Assembly (NCBI GenBank): GCA_003554845.1
Contig: PWHK01000019.1
Span: 2,189 to 34,188 of the forward strand
Direction of reading: 5' to 3'
Length of the DNA: 32,000 bases
Source: Candidatus Aenigmatarchaeota archaeon
GTDB lineage: Archaea; Aenigmatarchaeota; Aenigmatarchaeia; PWEA01
How positions within the stretch are numbered: the stretch's first letter is position 1; each line of letters opens with the position of its first letter. Below, one piece after another: positions 1 through 7,413 of this stretch. Both the position numbers and the translations under genes were made by a program. The notes beneath the pieces were generated by a model. It was given only the letters and a program-made list of their open reading frames with translations, did not search any database and was not told where the DNA came from.

Positions 1-665
1 GAAACATAGTTGGTCCTCACTGTAGTGATGATGTTTGTGATATAGAAAGTCTCAATCCCGGTGTTATACACCAGTACCAAGTCGAGTTCCCTAGGGAAAT
101 ATTTGACGAAGATGCTTTAGAAGACATGAATCCCGGCGATCAGTTGAGGTACGGTATAGACGCGAGGTATGTGGTCGATACGAGCTCTCTGCTTGAGGTA
201 GAGATTATAGATAGCACTAGGTTTATGGAACTATCGGAGAGAGGTGACCTTGATTTCCATCAGCCTTTATCAAGATATGAATGGGGTCCTGTTGAGATAG
301 GAATGGCGGCCTCGCGGCAGCAGCCGATAAGAGGAGGCGAATCAATGCCGTTGATTCTTACGCTCAGGAACCAGGATGATGGTTGGGTGGAGTCTTTGAA
401 TAGTATAAGCATAGGGACATCAGAAGAAGGGTGGGTCGGGGGACTGGAAGACTGTGACTTCTCACAGAAGTACGAGGATAATTTTGACGATCTGGGATGG
501 GATGGACTTCAGCCCAAGGGAGATGAGCACGACAGCCTTACTATGAGCTGTACAATTGAAGTAGATGAACCAGAAGATATTACAGAGACAAAGGATCTGA
601 GAGTTGATATGAGCTACGAATACAGGATGGAAACCACGGACACAATAGAGGTCATGTATTCTTAA
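1..665 (+). CDS. Acidic secreted two-domain (CARDB-like) surface protein, paralog 0; 5' partial, frame open to the window edge
   Basis: The frame of ORF 126..665 has no stop back to nt 3 (NIVGPHCSDDVCDIESLNPG...). It shares the family motifs hxhxLRNxxDG (LILTLRNQDDGW), a Cys pair (EDCDFS...MSCTIE) and the C-terminal D-x-S-Y-E-Y motif with the next three genes. Stop codon is TAA. Confidence 0.75.
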   Translation, partial: NIVGPHCSDDVCDIESLNPGVIHQYQVEFPREIFDEDALEDMNPGDQLRYGIDARYVVDTSSLLEVEIIDSTRFMELSERGDLDFHQPLSRYEWGPVEIGMAASRQQPIRGGESMPLILTLRNQDDGWVESLNSISIGTSEEGWVGGLEDCDFSQKYEDNFDDLGWDGLQPKGDEHDSLTMSCTIEVDEPEDITETKDLRVDMSYEYRMETTDTIEVMYS

Positions 666-678
666 ACAGGCCCAAACA

Positions 679-686
679 TTTATATT
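679..686 (+). promoter_or_regulatory. Candidate TATA box (TTTATATT) for paralog 1
   Basis: AT-rich box 39 nt upstream of ATG 718. The same spacing class (31-39 nt from box to ATG) is seen at 2565, 9766 and 10822, implying very short or no leaders. Confidence 0.45.
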
Positions 687-717
687 ACAATAAAACCCAA
701 TGGTTGATAGTGGTTGT

Positions 718-1656
718 ATGAAAAGGATTGCAGTTGCTGTATTTCTAGTTTCAATGGTTGTATTTATATCTGGATGCGTTGAAGGCGGTGGTCTGGCAGG
801 TTTAATGGGAGTAGGCGACCAGGAAGTAGAAGATCCTGATGATGTTCTTGTAGTTGAAAATAGGATGGTAAATCCGTCTACAGTTAACGCCGAGAATCAG
901 TTCGAGTTCTCCTTCGAGTTGACCAATCTATTCGAAGCCGAGAGTGCTAGAGATGTTGAGGTGAGACTCTATGATTCTGGTATGTGTGATCCGATTCAGG
1001 GTGAGGATCCACAGGCAATGGACGGCCGGAACATATTTGAAGGTGCCACCAGGGTAATCGAGTGGAGTCTTCAGGCACCCACCAACACCGAACTTGGGAA
1101 TATGGCAGGTTCCTGTCCTTTAAAATACTATGTAAAATACAGGTTTGATGCATACAGTCGATCCGATGTTTATATTATGGGCGAAGACGTTTCCCGTGAT
1201 TCCGATGTTGCCAGTGTTTCACCTACAACAAGCAAGGCCAGAGGACCACTGAAAGTAGATATAGACTTTAGCGGGCAGCAGCCCTTCAGATACGGGAGTC
1301 CTGTTCCCTTCCAGATAAGATTACGAAATGCCGGTGATGGTGATCTAGACGACCTTAAACCTGATGATGTTAGTATTTTACTGGACCACGGTGAAACCGA
1401 AATACAGCTTGGAGAAGACAAATATCTTGCAGAAGACGATGACTGGGAAACAGGTTGCAGAAGTCCTGTTGATTTAGGTGATAAGTTCCAGTTCATAGAC
1501 GACAGAACACCGCCGATAAGCTGTAGACTGTATCCTGGCCATTACGAAGATTACTTTGAAGAACCATTGACAAGCTCCCAGATTAGAGTAAGTGTTGAGG
1601 ACTATGAGTATACTTTGGACGGCGAGGCTTCCGTTTCGATACAGCCTACTCTGTAG
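718..1656 (+). CDS. Acidic lipobox surface protein, paralog 1 (two CARDB-like domains)
   Basis: ORF 700..1656. ATG 718 gives MKRIAVAVFLVSMVVFISGC, a hydrophobic helix followed by an ISGC lipobox. It has two NxG(D) beta-sandwich-like motifs (FELTNLFEAES, IRLRNAGDGD), two Cys pairs and a C-terminal EDYEYTLDGE motif. Stop codon is TAG. Confidence 0.8.
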   Translation: MKRIAVAVFLVSMVVFISGCVEGGGLAGLMGVGDQEVEDPDDVLVVENRMVNPSTVNAENQFEFSFELTNLFEAESARDVEVRLYDSGMCDPIQGEDPQAMDGRNIFEGATRVIEWSLQAPTNTELGNMAGSCPLKYYVKYRFDAYSRSDVYIMGEDVSRDSDVASVSPTTSKARGPLKVDIDFSGQQPFRYGSPVPFQIRLRNAGDGDLDDLKPDDVSILLDHGETEIQLGEDKYLAEDDDWETGCRSPVDLGDKFQFIDDRTPPISCRLYPGHYEDYFEEPLTSSQIRVSVEDYEYTLDGEASVSIQPTL

Positions 1657-1663
1657 GGATAGC

Positions 1664-2545
1664 ATGAAAAATACTATAATCATGAGCATTTTCTTGGTAG
1701 TGTTGATTTCTGGATGCACAGGCTTTCCTGGTGTTGATCATACAGGGGCCGGTTTTCTTGGGTTCGGTGAGCCCGATTATACAGAACACGAGGAGATTTC
1801 CATCGATGTTGAAACCTTTCCTACGAGTGTACGCTCAGGTAGGAACATGGACGTTGTTTTTGATTTGGTAAACAGTGGAAATACTACACCAGAAAACATA
1901 CAACTTAGGATGGTAGATATTTGCTCTTTCCAGGGATTAACAGAACCCGATTCCGTTGACGATAAACTGGAGCCCGGTGATAAAACTATTTTGGATTTTG
2001 AATACCAGGCACCCGAGGTCAGTATGGGAAAGAGATGCGATATGAAATACAGGGTTTCATATGAGTCACTTGCCCACGCCACTTTCAGTGTCAATATAAT
2101 GGACGAAGATGAGTATATAACGAGGGAAAGAATGGGGAATCTTGCGGAAGAATCCAATGTACGCTACGAGAAAACACGTACTCCTGTGGAAATAGTTGCT
2201 GAAATTTCCCAAGAACAGCCTATTTTGGAGGGGGATGATTTTTTGGTCCACATCCACTTAGAAAACAAAGGAGACGGATTTGTCGTGGATAATGTAATAG
2301 AAGGCGGCGATGTAGAGATGTACTATCCAGATGATATTTTAGAGTTCGGAGGCTGTCAGGATATGGATACAGACGATAAACCTATAGTCTTTGAAGATAT
2401 GAGGTTTAGAAACGGGAGAACTCCGAGGGTCTCCTGTAGATTTTCAACAGACAGTGTTGATTTAGTAGAAACGGCTACTTTCCGTATGGACGTTGACTAT
2501 ACATACGTCAAAGACGGGTCGTTTTTTGTCAACATAGAGCCATAA
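1664..2545 (+). CDS. Acidic lipobox surface protein, paralog 2
   Basis: The in-frame ATG at 1664 gives MKNTIIMSIFLVVLISGC and lies 8 nt after the paralog 1 stop. The family motifs are present: FDLVNSGNTT, HLENKGDGF, KRCDMKYRVSYE, VSCRFS, DVDYTYVKDG. Confidence 0.8.
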   Translation: MKNTIIMSIFLVVLISGCTGFPGVDHTGAGFLGFGEPDYTEHEEISIDVETFPTSVRSGRNMDVVFDLVNSGNTTPENIQLRMVDICSFQGLTEPDSVDDKLEPGDKTILDFEYQAPEVSMGKRCDMKYRVSYESLAHATFSVNIMDEDEYITRERMGNLAEESNVRYEKTRTPVEIVAEISQEQPILEGDDFLVHIHLENKGDGFVVDNVIEGGDVEMYYPDDILEFGGCQDMDTDDKPIVFEDMRFRNGRTPRVSCRFSTDSVDLVETATFRMDVDYTYVKDGSFFVNIEP

Positions 2546-2564
2546 TGGAGCGATTAGGGTAAAG

Positions 2565-2572
2565 TTTATAAA
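2565..2572 (+). promoter_or_regulatory. Candidate TATA box (TTTATAAA) for paralog 3
   Basis: The box lies 37 nt upstream of ATG 2602 in a 56-nt intergenic gap. Confidence 0.45.
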
Positions 2573-2601
2573 TACTTGAGCAAAAGGTTATTTTAGGTAG
2601 C

Positions 2602-3492
2602 ATGGCAGCAAGAAGAAAAGAGATTTTTATCGTTTTAATTGCAGTATCCTTGGTATTTATTTCTGGATGTATTGAGTTTGGCGAGCAAGAGGAGGAAGTT
2701 GGATACGGAGTTGAGATAACTTCATTTGATGCAATACCACCCGAGGTTTTTTCTGGTGATTCCTTTGATCTACTTTTGGATGTCCGGAATATGGGCGACA
2801 GAACAGCCGATGATGTATGGGCTAATATAGAAAGATCTGGTGGAATAACCAATGTAGAGGGATTTGATGATGTGATGCCCTTGGATCCACCTACAGATGA
2901 ATTTCAGGGAGAGATGCATACATTTACTGCCAGTGCAAATGCTCCTCAGATATCTATAGGACCCGAAGACGTTAATGTAAGAGCAAGGGTTTACTACGAC
3001 TACAAAACAGATTCGAGGGTTCTTTTGCCGGTTATAGGAAAGGACGAATATGCCATGAGGCTTGAAGTTAACGATCCTATTCCTGAAATGGGTGTATCAA
3101 GGATGTCCCGTGGACCGATTTCTGTGGGAATAGATGGTCCTTCACCTGTACTTGTGGACGAAGATGATACAACCTTCAGATTTTACATAGAAGGTCGTAA
3201 TATAGGAGGTGGAGTTCCATACCTCACCGAGGCCCATGGTGATGTTCCCGACAGGGACCAGAGGAACAGGATAGGTGTAGACGTGAGCTTCCCCGAAGAT
3301 GCTCCTGTAAGCTGGGAAGACGAGGACTGCAGCGATGATGACGTAAGGGTTTATGGCGGTGATTTCCAGATAATCTGTAGAGGAGAGGTAGATGAACCCG
3401 TGGACTTTTTGGAAGTTCCTATTGATGTAACCCTAGACTACGGTTACTACGTAGACGGAGAAACCACCCTGACGGTTAAAGAAAGCATTTAA
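2602..3492 (+). CDS. Acidic lipobox surface protein, paralog 3 (possible Tat signal: AARRKEIF)
   Basis: N-terminus MAARRKEIFIVLIAVSLVFISGC. The family motifs are present: LDVRNMGDRTADD, IEGRNIGGG, DEDCSDD...IICRGE, TLDYGYYVDGE. Confidence 0.8.
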   Translation: MAARRKEIFIVLIAVSLVFISGCIEFGEQEEEVGYGVEITSFDAIPPEVFSGDSFDLLLDVRNMGDRTADDVWANIERSGGITNVEGFDDVMPLDPPTDEFQGEMHTFTASANAPQISIGPEDVNVRARVYYDYKTDSRVLLPVIGKDEYAMRLEVNDPIPEMGVSRMSRGPISVGIDGPSPVLVDEDDTTFRFYIEGRNIGGGVPYLTEAHGDVPDRDQRNRIGVDVSFPEDAPVSWEDEDCSDDDVRVYGGDFQIICRGEVDEPVDFLEVPIDVTLDYGYYVDGETTLTVKESI

Positions 3493-3526
3493 GGAAGTTT
3501 CATTTCTTGTTGGATATATAAAGTAG

Positions 3527-3602
3527 TGGTGGGTCCGCCCCGATTTGAACGGGGGACCTTCGCCATGTCAAGGCGACGTCATAACCACTAGACTACGGAC
3601 CC
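3527..3602 (-). tRNA. tRNA-Val (anticodon GAC), CCA encoded
   Basis: Reverse complement: GGGTCCG-TA-GTCTAGTGGTTATGAC-G-TCGCC-TTGACAT-GGCGA-AGGTC-CCCCG-TTCAAAT-CGGGG-CGGACCC-A-CCA. This gives a full cloverleaf. Confidence 0.93.
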
Positions 3603-4124
3603 ATTTCTGAAAAGTACGACGTAGCTCATCTCGTCGTCGGGATCTCCCACCAGTCCCTCCTTCAGTACCTCAAGATCGAACAACGATTTAACTTTATCCC
3701 CTTTCCTTTTAAAATTTCTTTCGTTGCAGTGGGTTGAAATTATTGCATGTCCACCCTCGGATAAGATTCTCTCTATTTCCCATGGCTTCTTTAGAAGATG
3801 AACTGTGTCGAAGGATAGAACTACATCGAAGCTGCTGTCTTTGAAAGGTATGTAGTCCCCTGACCCTACGACAAGGTCTATCCTGTCTGTGGCCATATCC
3901 ATCTTCTCTATATCAAGACCAACTGTATTTATATCGAACCCACTTTCAACAGCCTTTTTTTCAAACCATCCCTTTCCTATTCCTATATCTGCAATTTTGC
4001 TGTTTTCCAGGTCGATCTTTCCCCTGAGTGGAATTATGAAATCCAGGAGTATTTCCTTGTACTTCTTTTCCTGGGTTGACCTCATCCAGTCTGAATAGAT
4101 TTCACTGGTGAAATTTTCAGCCAT
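3588..4124 (-). CDS. Class I SAM-dependent methyltransferase
   Basis: Motif I-like ADIGIGKGWF and a post-I acidic residue pattern, plus FDVVLSFDTVHLL. 178 aa. The last 5 codons and the TAG stop lie inside tRNA-Val. Confidence 0.7.
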   Translation of the reverse strand: MAENFTSEIYSDWMRSTQEKKYKEILLDFIIPLRGKIDLENSKIADIGIGKGWFEKKAVESGFDINTVGLDIEKMDMATDRIDLVVGSGDYIPFKDSSFDVVLSFDTVHLLKKPWEIERILSEGGHAIISTHCNERNFKRKGDKVKSLFDLEVLKEGLVGDPDDEMSYVVLFRNGSVV

Positions 4125-4152
4125 GGCTCTTTTCTCTTTTCGAACTTTAAAT

Positions 4153-4827
4153 TTATTTATTGTTCCTTTTTAGTACCTGTGCCATCTGGGCAATACCACT
4201 GAGAACAAATGCTCCCCCGACCCAGTAGCGTATGAGAGCAGGGTATCTTATGACAAGCAGACCTGCAGCTATGAGAACAAGGCCTGTGGCTGCACCTGTT
4301 ACCTTTCCGGTTTTTGGCATTTTTTGTTCCACCTCGTCCAGTAAATCAACCAGACCCATTATGTTTAACGGGCCATGGTCAAGTTTGTGTTCTTTTGCTT
4401 TATAGGCGATCTCCGATCCCATCTCCTTCCAGAAATCCTGAAAAAATATGAAGTTAAACATAACAAGCGATATAGTTACAACAAAGGTATAGGTTATACC
4501 TGTCCAGTAGTCTGCAAACTCTGTCAGCAGCAGTCCTATCTCATCGAAGAACAGTCCAAGTCCAAGGCCGTATAAAATAGAAGCACTTCTCTCTATGTTT
4601 CTGTCTTTGTGTACCAGGGCAAGCCAACCGGCTACCATTACAAAGGCTACACCGTAGTAGAAGTGATGTATTGTGTACTTCTCGAAGGGAAATATATCGC
4701 CACCTGCAAGCCCGGGAACTAAAAAATATACATACACCCTCGCTGCGACAAAGGAAAAAAGAAAGGATATGAAAATAAGAAAGGGGATCTCCTTTCTCCT
4801 TTTCTGAAAAACCTCCATCCAGGACAT
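4153..4827 (-). CDS. Integral membrane protein, unknown function (about 6 TM)
   Basis: 224-aa ORF with several 20-aa hydrophobic segments (IPFLIFISFLFSFVAARVYVYFLV, YGVAFVMVAGWLALV, GAATGLVLIAAGLLVI). I recognise no family. Confidence 0.6.
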   Translation of the reverse strand: MSWMEVFQKRRKEIPFLIFISFLFSFVAARVYVYFLVPGLAGGDIFPFEKYTIHHFYYGVAFVMVAGWLALVHKDRNIERSASILYGLGLGLFFDEIGLLLTEFADYWTGITYTFVVTISLVMFNFIFFQDFWKEMGSEIAYKAKEHKLDHGPLNIMGLVDLLDEVEQKMPKTGKVTGAATGLVLIAAGLLVIRYPALIRYWVGGAFVLSGIAQMAQVLKRNNK

Positions 4828-4858
4828 ACTGTATAGTTAGATCTTGAGAAATAAAAAT

Positions 4859-4933
4859 TGGTGCGGTCGCCGGGATTTGAACCCGGGCTACGACCGTGGC
4901 AGGGTCGTGTCCTAGCCACTAGACCACGACCGC
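4859..4933 (-). tRNA. tRNA-Gly (anticodon GCC), CCA encoded
   Basis: Reverse complement: GCGGTCG-TG-GTCTAGTGGCTAGGAC-A-CGACC-CTGCCAC-GGTCG-TAGC-CCGGG-TTCAAAT-CCCGG-CGACCGC-A-CCA. Confidence 0.93.
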
Positions 4934-4958
4934 ACGGTATGATTTTGACCGTTGAACA

Positions 4959-4966
4959 ATATAAAA
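4959..4966 (-). promoter_or_regulatory. Candidate TATA box (TTTTATAT on minus strand) for tRNA-Gly
   Basis: The box is centred about 29-30 nt upstream of tRNA position 1 (4933). Confidence 0.45.
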
Positions 4967-4981
4967 CTTTTCATATAACCT

Positions 4982-5632
4982 TCAGAGAAGATCTTCCAGA
5001 GATCTTATAAGGTCATCGTGGTCTCCAAATACCATGTCTGCACCTGCTTCTTCAAGACAGTCTTCTTCGACGTATGTTGCAACTGCCCAGCATTTAAGTC
5101 CTGCTTCCTTTGCAGACCTAACTCCCAGGGGAGCATTTTCCACAACAAGCACCCCTTCCTTGTCTATACCGAGCCTTTTGAGGCTTTCAAGAAATGGATC
5201 AGGGTCGGGCTTCTTGTTTTCTGTGTCTTCTTCGGTTACGACAACGTCGAAAACGCCTTCGAAGTATCTGTTCATGAATTCATCCACTGTCTTCCTGTTA
5301 CTTCCTGTTACAAGGCCCATTTTGAACCCTTCTTTTAACTTGTCCAGTACGTTCTCCATACCTGGAAATACAGATGTTTTGTTTATCTCGTCGAATATAT
5401 TCCTTTTACTCCGAACAAGTTCGTCTATTATTTTGTTACTTGGACTCAGTCCCTGGTCTTCGAGTATATTTTTAATTGCTATCTCCGCGCCCTTTCCTTC
5501 GAGCATGTATATGTCCCTTTTGTCTATATCTACACCCATCTCACCCAGGGCCCTCTGGAAGGATGTTGCGTGGTATGCCATTGAATCAACAAGAACACCG
5601 TCCATATCGAATACGATTCCTTCTATTTCCAT
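4982..5632 (-). CDS. HAD-superfamily hydrolase (beta-phosphoglucomutase/phosphatase-like)
   Basis: HAD motif I FDMDGVLVDS is at the N-terminus, with motif II (LVTGS), motif III (K...) and motif IV (ENAPLGVRSAKEAG). A TTTTAAAT box lies about 25 nt upstream of the ATG, so the transcript may be leaderless. Confidence 0.8.
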   Translation of the reverse strand: MEIEGIVFDMDGVLVDSMAYHATSFQRALGEMGVDIDKRDIYMLEGKGAEIAIKNILEDQGLSPSNKIIDELVRSKRNIFDEINKTSVFPGMENVLDKLKEGFKMGLVTGSNRKTVDEFMNRYFEGVFDVVVTEEDTENKKPDPDPFLESLKRLGIDKEGVLVVENAPLGVRSAKEAGLKCWAVATYVEEDCLEEAGADMVFGDHDDLIRSLEDLL

Positions 5633-5671
5633 GCGAATCCCTTGTCTTTGTAGATTTAAAAGATTGGAAAA

Positions 5672-5874
5672 TGGCGCCGGCGGCAGGAGTTTCAGAAACC
5701 CCCCCTTTCTTTGAATGGGTTTTCTTTTGAACCTGCGTGGGCTTCATCGGAGGACGTGGTCAAAGACCACACCGGTCTTAAACGCCCAGTGGATGTTTCG
5801 CTTTCATCCTCGGGTGAGTCAACACATCCGCGGACTCGAATCCACCGCCTTTAGCCAGACTCGGCCACACCGGC
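5672..5874 (-). tRNA. tRNA-Ser (anticodon CGA) with three BHB introns (genomic 5795..5834, 5743..5778, 5689..5725); CCA encoded
   Basis: Exons: GCCGGTG-TG-GCCGAGTCTGGCTAAAGGC-G-GTGGA-TTCGAG^A-TCCAC-TGGGCGTTTA^GCCCAC-GCAGG-TTCAAA^T-CCTGC-CGCCGGC-G-CCA. Introns are 40, 36 and 37 nt. 203 nt minus 113 nt leaves a 90-nt class II tRNA with G73. Each splice site sits in a 3-nt bulge flanking a 4-bp helix. Confidence 0.85.
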
Positions 5875-5897
5875 GCATCTTAAAAAGAACCTTCAAC

Positions 5898-5907
5898 TTA
5901 TAATAAT
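5898..5907 (-). promoter_or_regulatory. Candidate TATA box (ATTATTATAA on minus strand) for tRNA-Ser(CGA)
   Basis: The box is centred about 28 nt upstream of tRNA position 1 (5874). Confidence 0.45.
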
Positions 5908-6294
5908 TTAATCCCTGGTAATCATGAATATGTATCTCATGGGCATGAACTCCTCGACGTCGCCGTGGTATCCACAACCCTCACACATGAATCCAACCTG
6001 TATTTTTTCTTCGTCAAGGTTTTTTGCGTAGAGAGTCTTTAGATCACCATTACAGGCAGGACATTTTTCTGGTTTGTCAGACTCTGATTTTCTTGTTTCG
6101 ATAGTAACCTTTACATCAGGGACCTCTATGGCTATCCTTCTTGCTCTTTCCGGTGTTATATGGAAGGAACTGTCAACCTTTTCCAGCTCCTTCTGTACTA
6201 TGCTTCCCAGTTCCTGTTGGCTTCTTACGACGCCTGTTTCCTTCAATTTTTCTCTTATTATCCGACCCACAAGCTCAGAGTTCGGTATCTTCAT
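5908..6294 (-). CDS. Hypothetical protein with C-terminal CxxC...CxxC zinc ribbon
   Basis: ORF 5908..6321. ATG 6294 (MKIPNSELVGR...) limits the overlap with the ThiI-like gene to 20 nt. The zinc-ribbon cysteines are CPACNG...CEGCG. Confidence 0.55.
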   Translation of the reverse strand: MKIPNSELVGRIIREKLKETGVVRSQQELGSIVQKELEKVDSSFHITPERARRIAIEVPDVKVTIETRKSESDKPEKCPACNGDLKTLYAKNLDEEKIQVGFMCEGCGYHGDVEEFMPMRYIFMITRD

Positions 6295-7411
6295 AGTCCA
6301 GCACCTCTTCAAGCACATCATTTGACATTCCTACTACATCTATTTTTTCCTCCAGTTCAACGACCTCTTCTTCTACTACATCGGAACTGTCCCTGTCCAT
6401 CGCCTCACAGCCTTCGTTTTTTAGAATAAATTCCCCTGCTAGGTCTTTGCATCTGTTTCTCACTGTTTCCTTGTCCAGACCTATAAGCGGTCTTATCACA
6501 GGAATCTCAGCGACGGAATCGTATATGCCTATGTTTCCCAGACTATTTCCGATTTTATCGCCTGTTATGATGGCATCTGAACCTGTTTTTTTGGCTATCC
6601 GAGACGCAACCCTGTGCATAAGTCTTCTGCAGAGAACGCATGTATAACCTCTTTCACCTTCTTCTGATAGTTCAAATATTCTCCTTCCCAGGTCAAACTC
6701 CATTGTCTTGATCGGCGAACCATGACTCCATTTTCTTATCCCATCCAGAGCTTTTCTATATGTTTCGTCGGGTGCATAGGGTTCCATGGTGCCGTGGAGA
6801 AGGACAACAGAACACCCTCTTTTCATCATCATCCATGTTGCAAGAAAAGAACTACAGTTTCCGTTGAAGAGCGATACAACCCTACCCTGTGTTCCCAGGG
6901 GAAGGCCGGCTGGTCCCTGTATTTTTTCACCGAATATATAGGCCTGTCCCTGTCTTATATCGGCCATGACCCTTTTATCGGGGTTGTCCAGATCTACAGA
7001 CGCACCGGTTTTCTCCAGTATCTCTGCTCCTGCTCTCTCCTCCACATCCTTGGACGAGAAGCCGTGGTTGCCTGTCCTTCTGACCCTGACAGCAAAACTG
7101 TCCTTCTCTTTGATCGTTTCCTTTCCCAGATCAACCAGACATTCGACTATGTCTTCGATACCTGAGTCTAATTTTTTACAGGGGGAGAAGCTAACTATTC
7201 CAAATGTCCTTTTCAGGACCTCTGTGGCCTTCTTTGTTTGTTCTGTACTGACAAAGATCCTTCCGTACCCCCTTTTGACTTTTCCGTCAATTCCGTGTGT
7301 TTCAAGACCATTTCTTATATTGTTTATCAGTCTATCCTCGAAGCTTCTTCTGACATAATCGCTCTTGAGACCTATTTCTCCGTATCTTATGAGTATCCAG
7401 TTCATTTCCAT
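6275..7411 (-). CDS. thiI: ThiI-like protein (THUMP domain plus PP-loop ATPase fold) with a degenerate PP-loop
   Basis: The N-terminus ILIRYGEIGLKSDYVRRSFEDRLINNI is typical of ThiI. A CxxC motif (CVLCRR) and IITGDKIG...IRPLIGLDKE are present. The SGGxDS position reads NGNCSS (6848..6865). Confidence 0.75.
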   Translation of the reverse strand: MEMNWILIRYGEIGLKSDYVRRSFEDRLINNIRNGLETHGIDGKVKRGYGRIFVSTEQTKKATEVLKRTFGIVSFSPCKKLDSGIEDIVECLVDLGKETIKEKDSFAVRVRRTGNHGFSSKDVEERAGAEILEKTGASVDLDNPDKRVMADIRQGQAYIFGEKIQGPAGLPLGTQGRVVSLFNGNCSSFLATWMMMKRGCSVVLLHGTMEPYAPDETYRKALDGIRKWSHGSPIKTMEFDLGRRIFELSEEGERGYTCVLCRRLMHRVASRIAKKTGSDAIITGDKIGNSLGNIGIYDSVAEIPVIRPLIGLDKETVRNRCKDLAGEFILKNEGCEAMDRDSSDVVEEEVVELEEKIDVVGMSNDVLEEVLDYEDTEL

Positions 7412-7413
7412 GA

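Noticed and set aside
5672-5874. A GC-rich, roughly 200-nt structured region with pairing ends, first considered as an SRP (7S) RNA or RNase P RNA fragment. The track ORFs 5476..5730 and 5715..5903 also fall here.
   Set aside because: The 5' part matches a class II tRNA D-arm and anticodon arm, and the 3' end matches a T-arm and acceptor with G73-CCA. Removing three BHB-bounded insertions gives exactly a 90-nt tRNA-Ser. The overlapping ORFs are by-products of the structured RNA.
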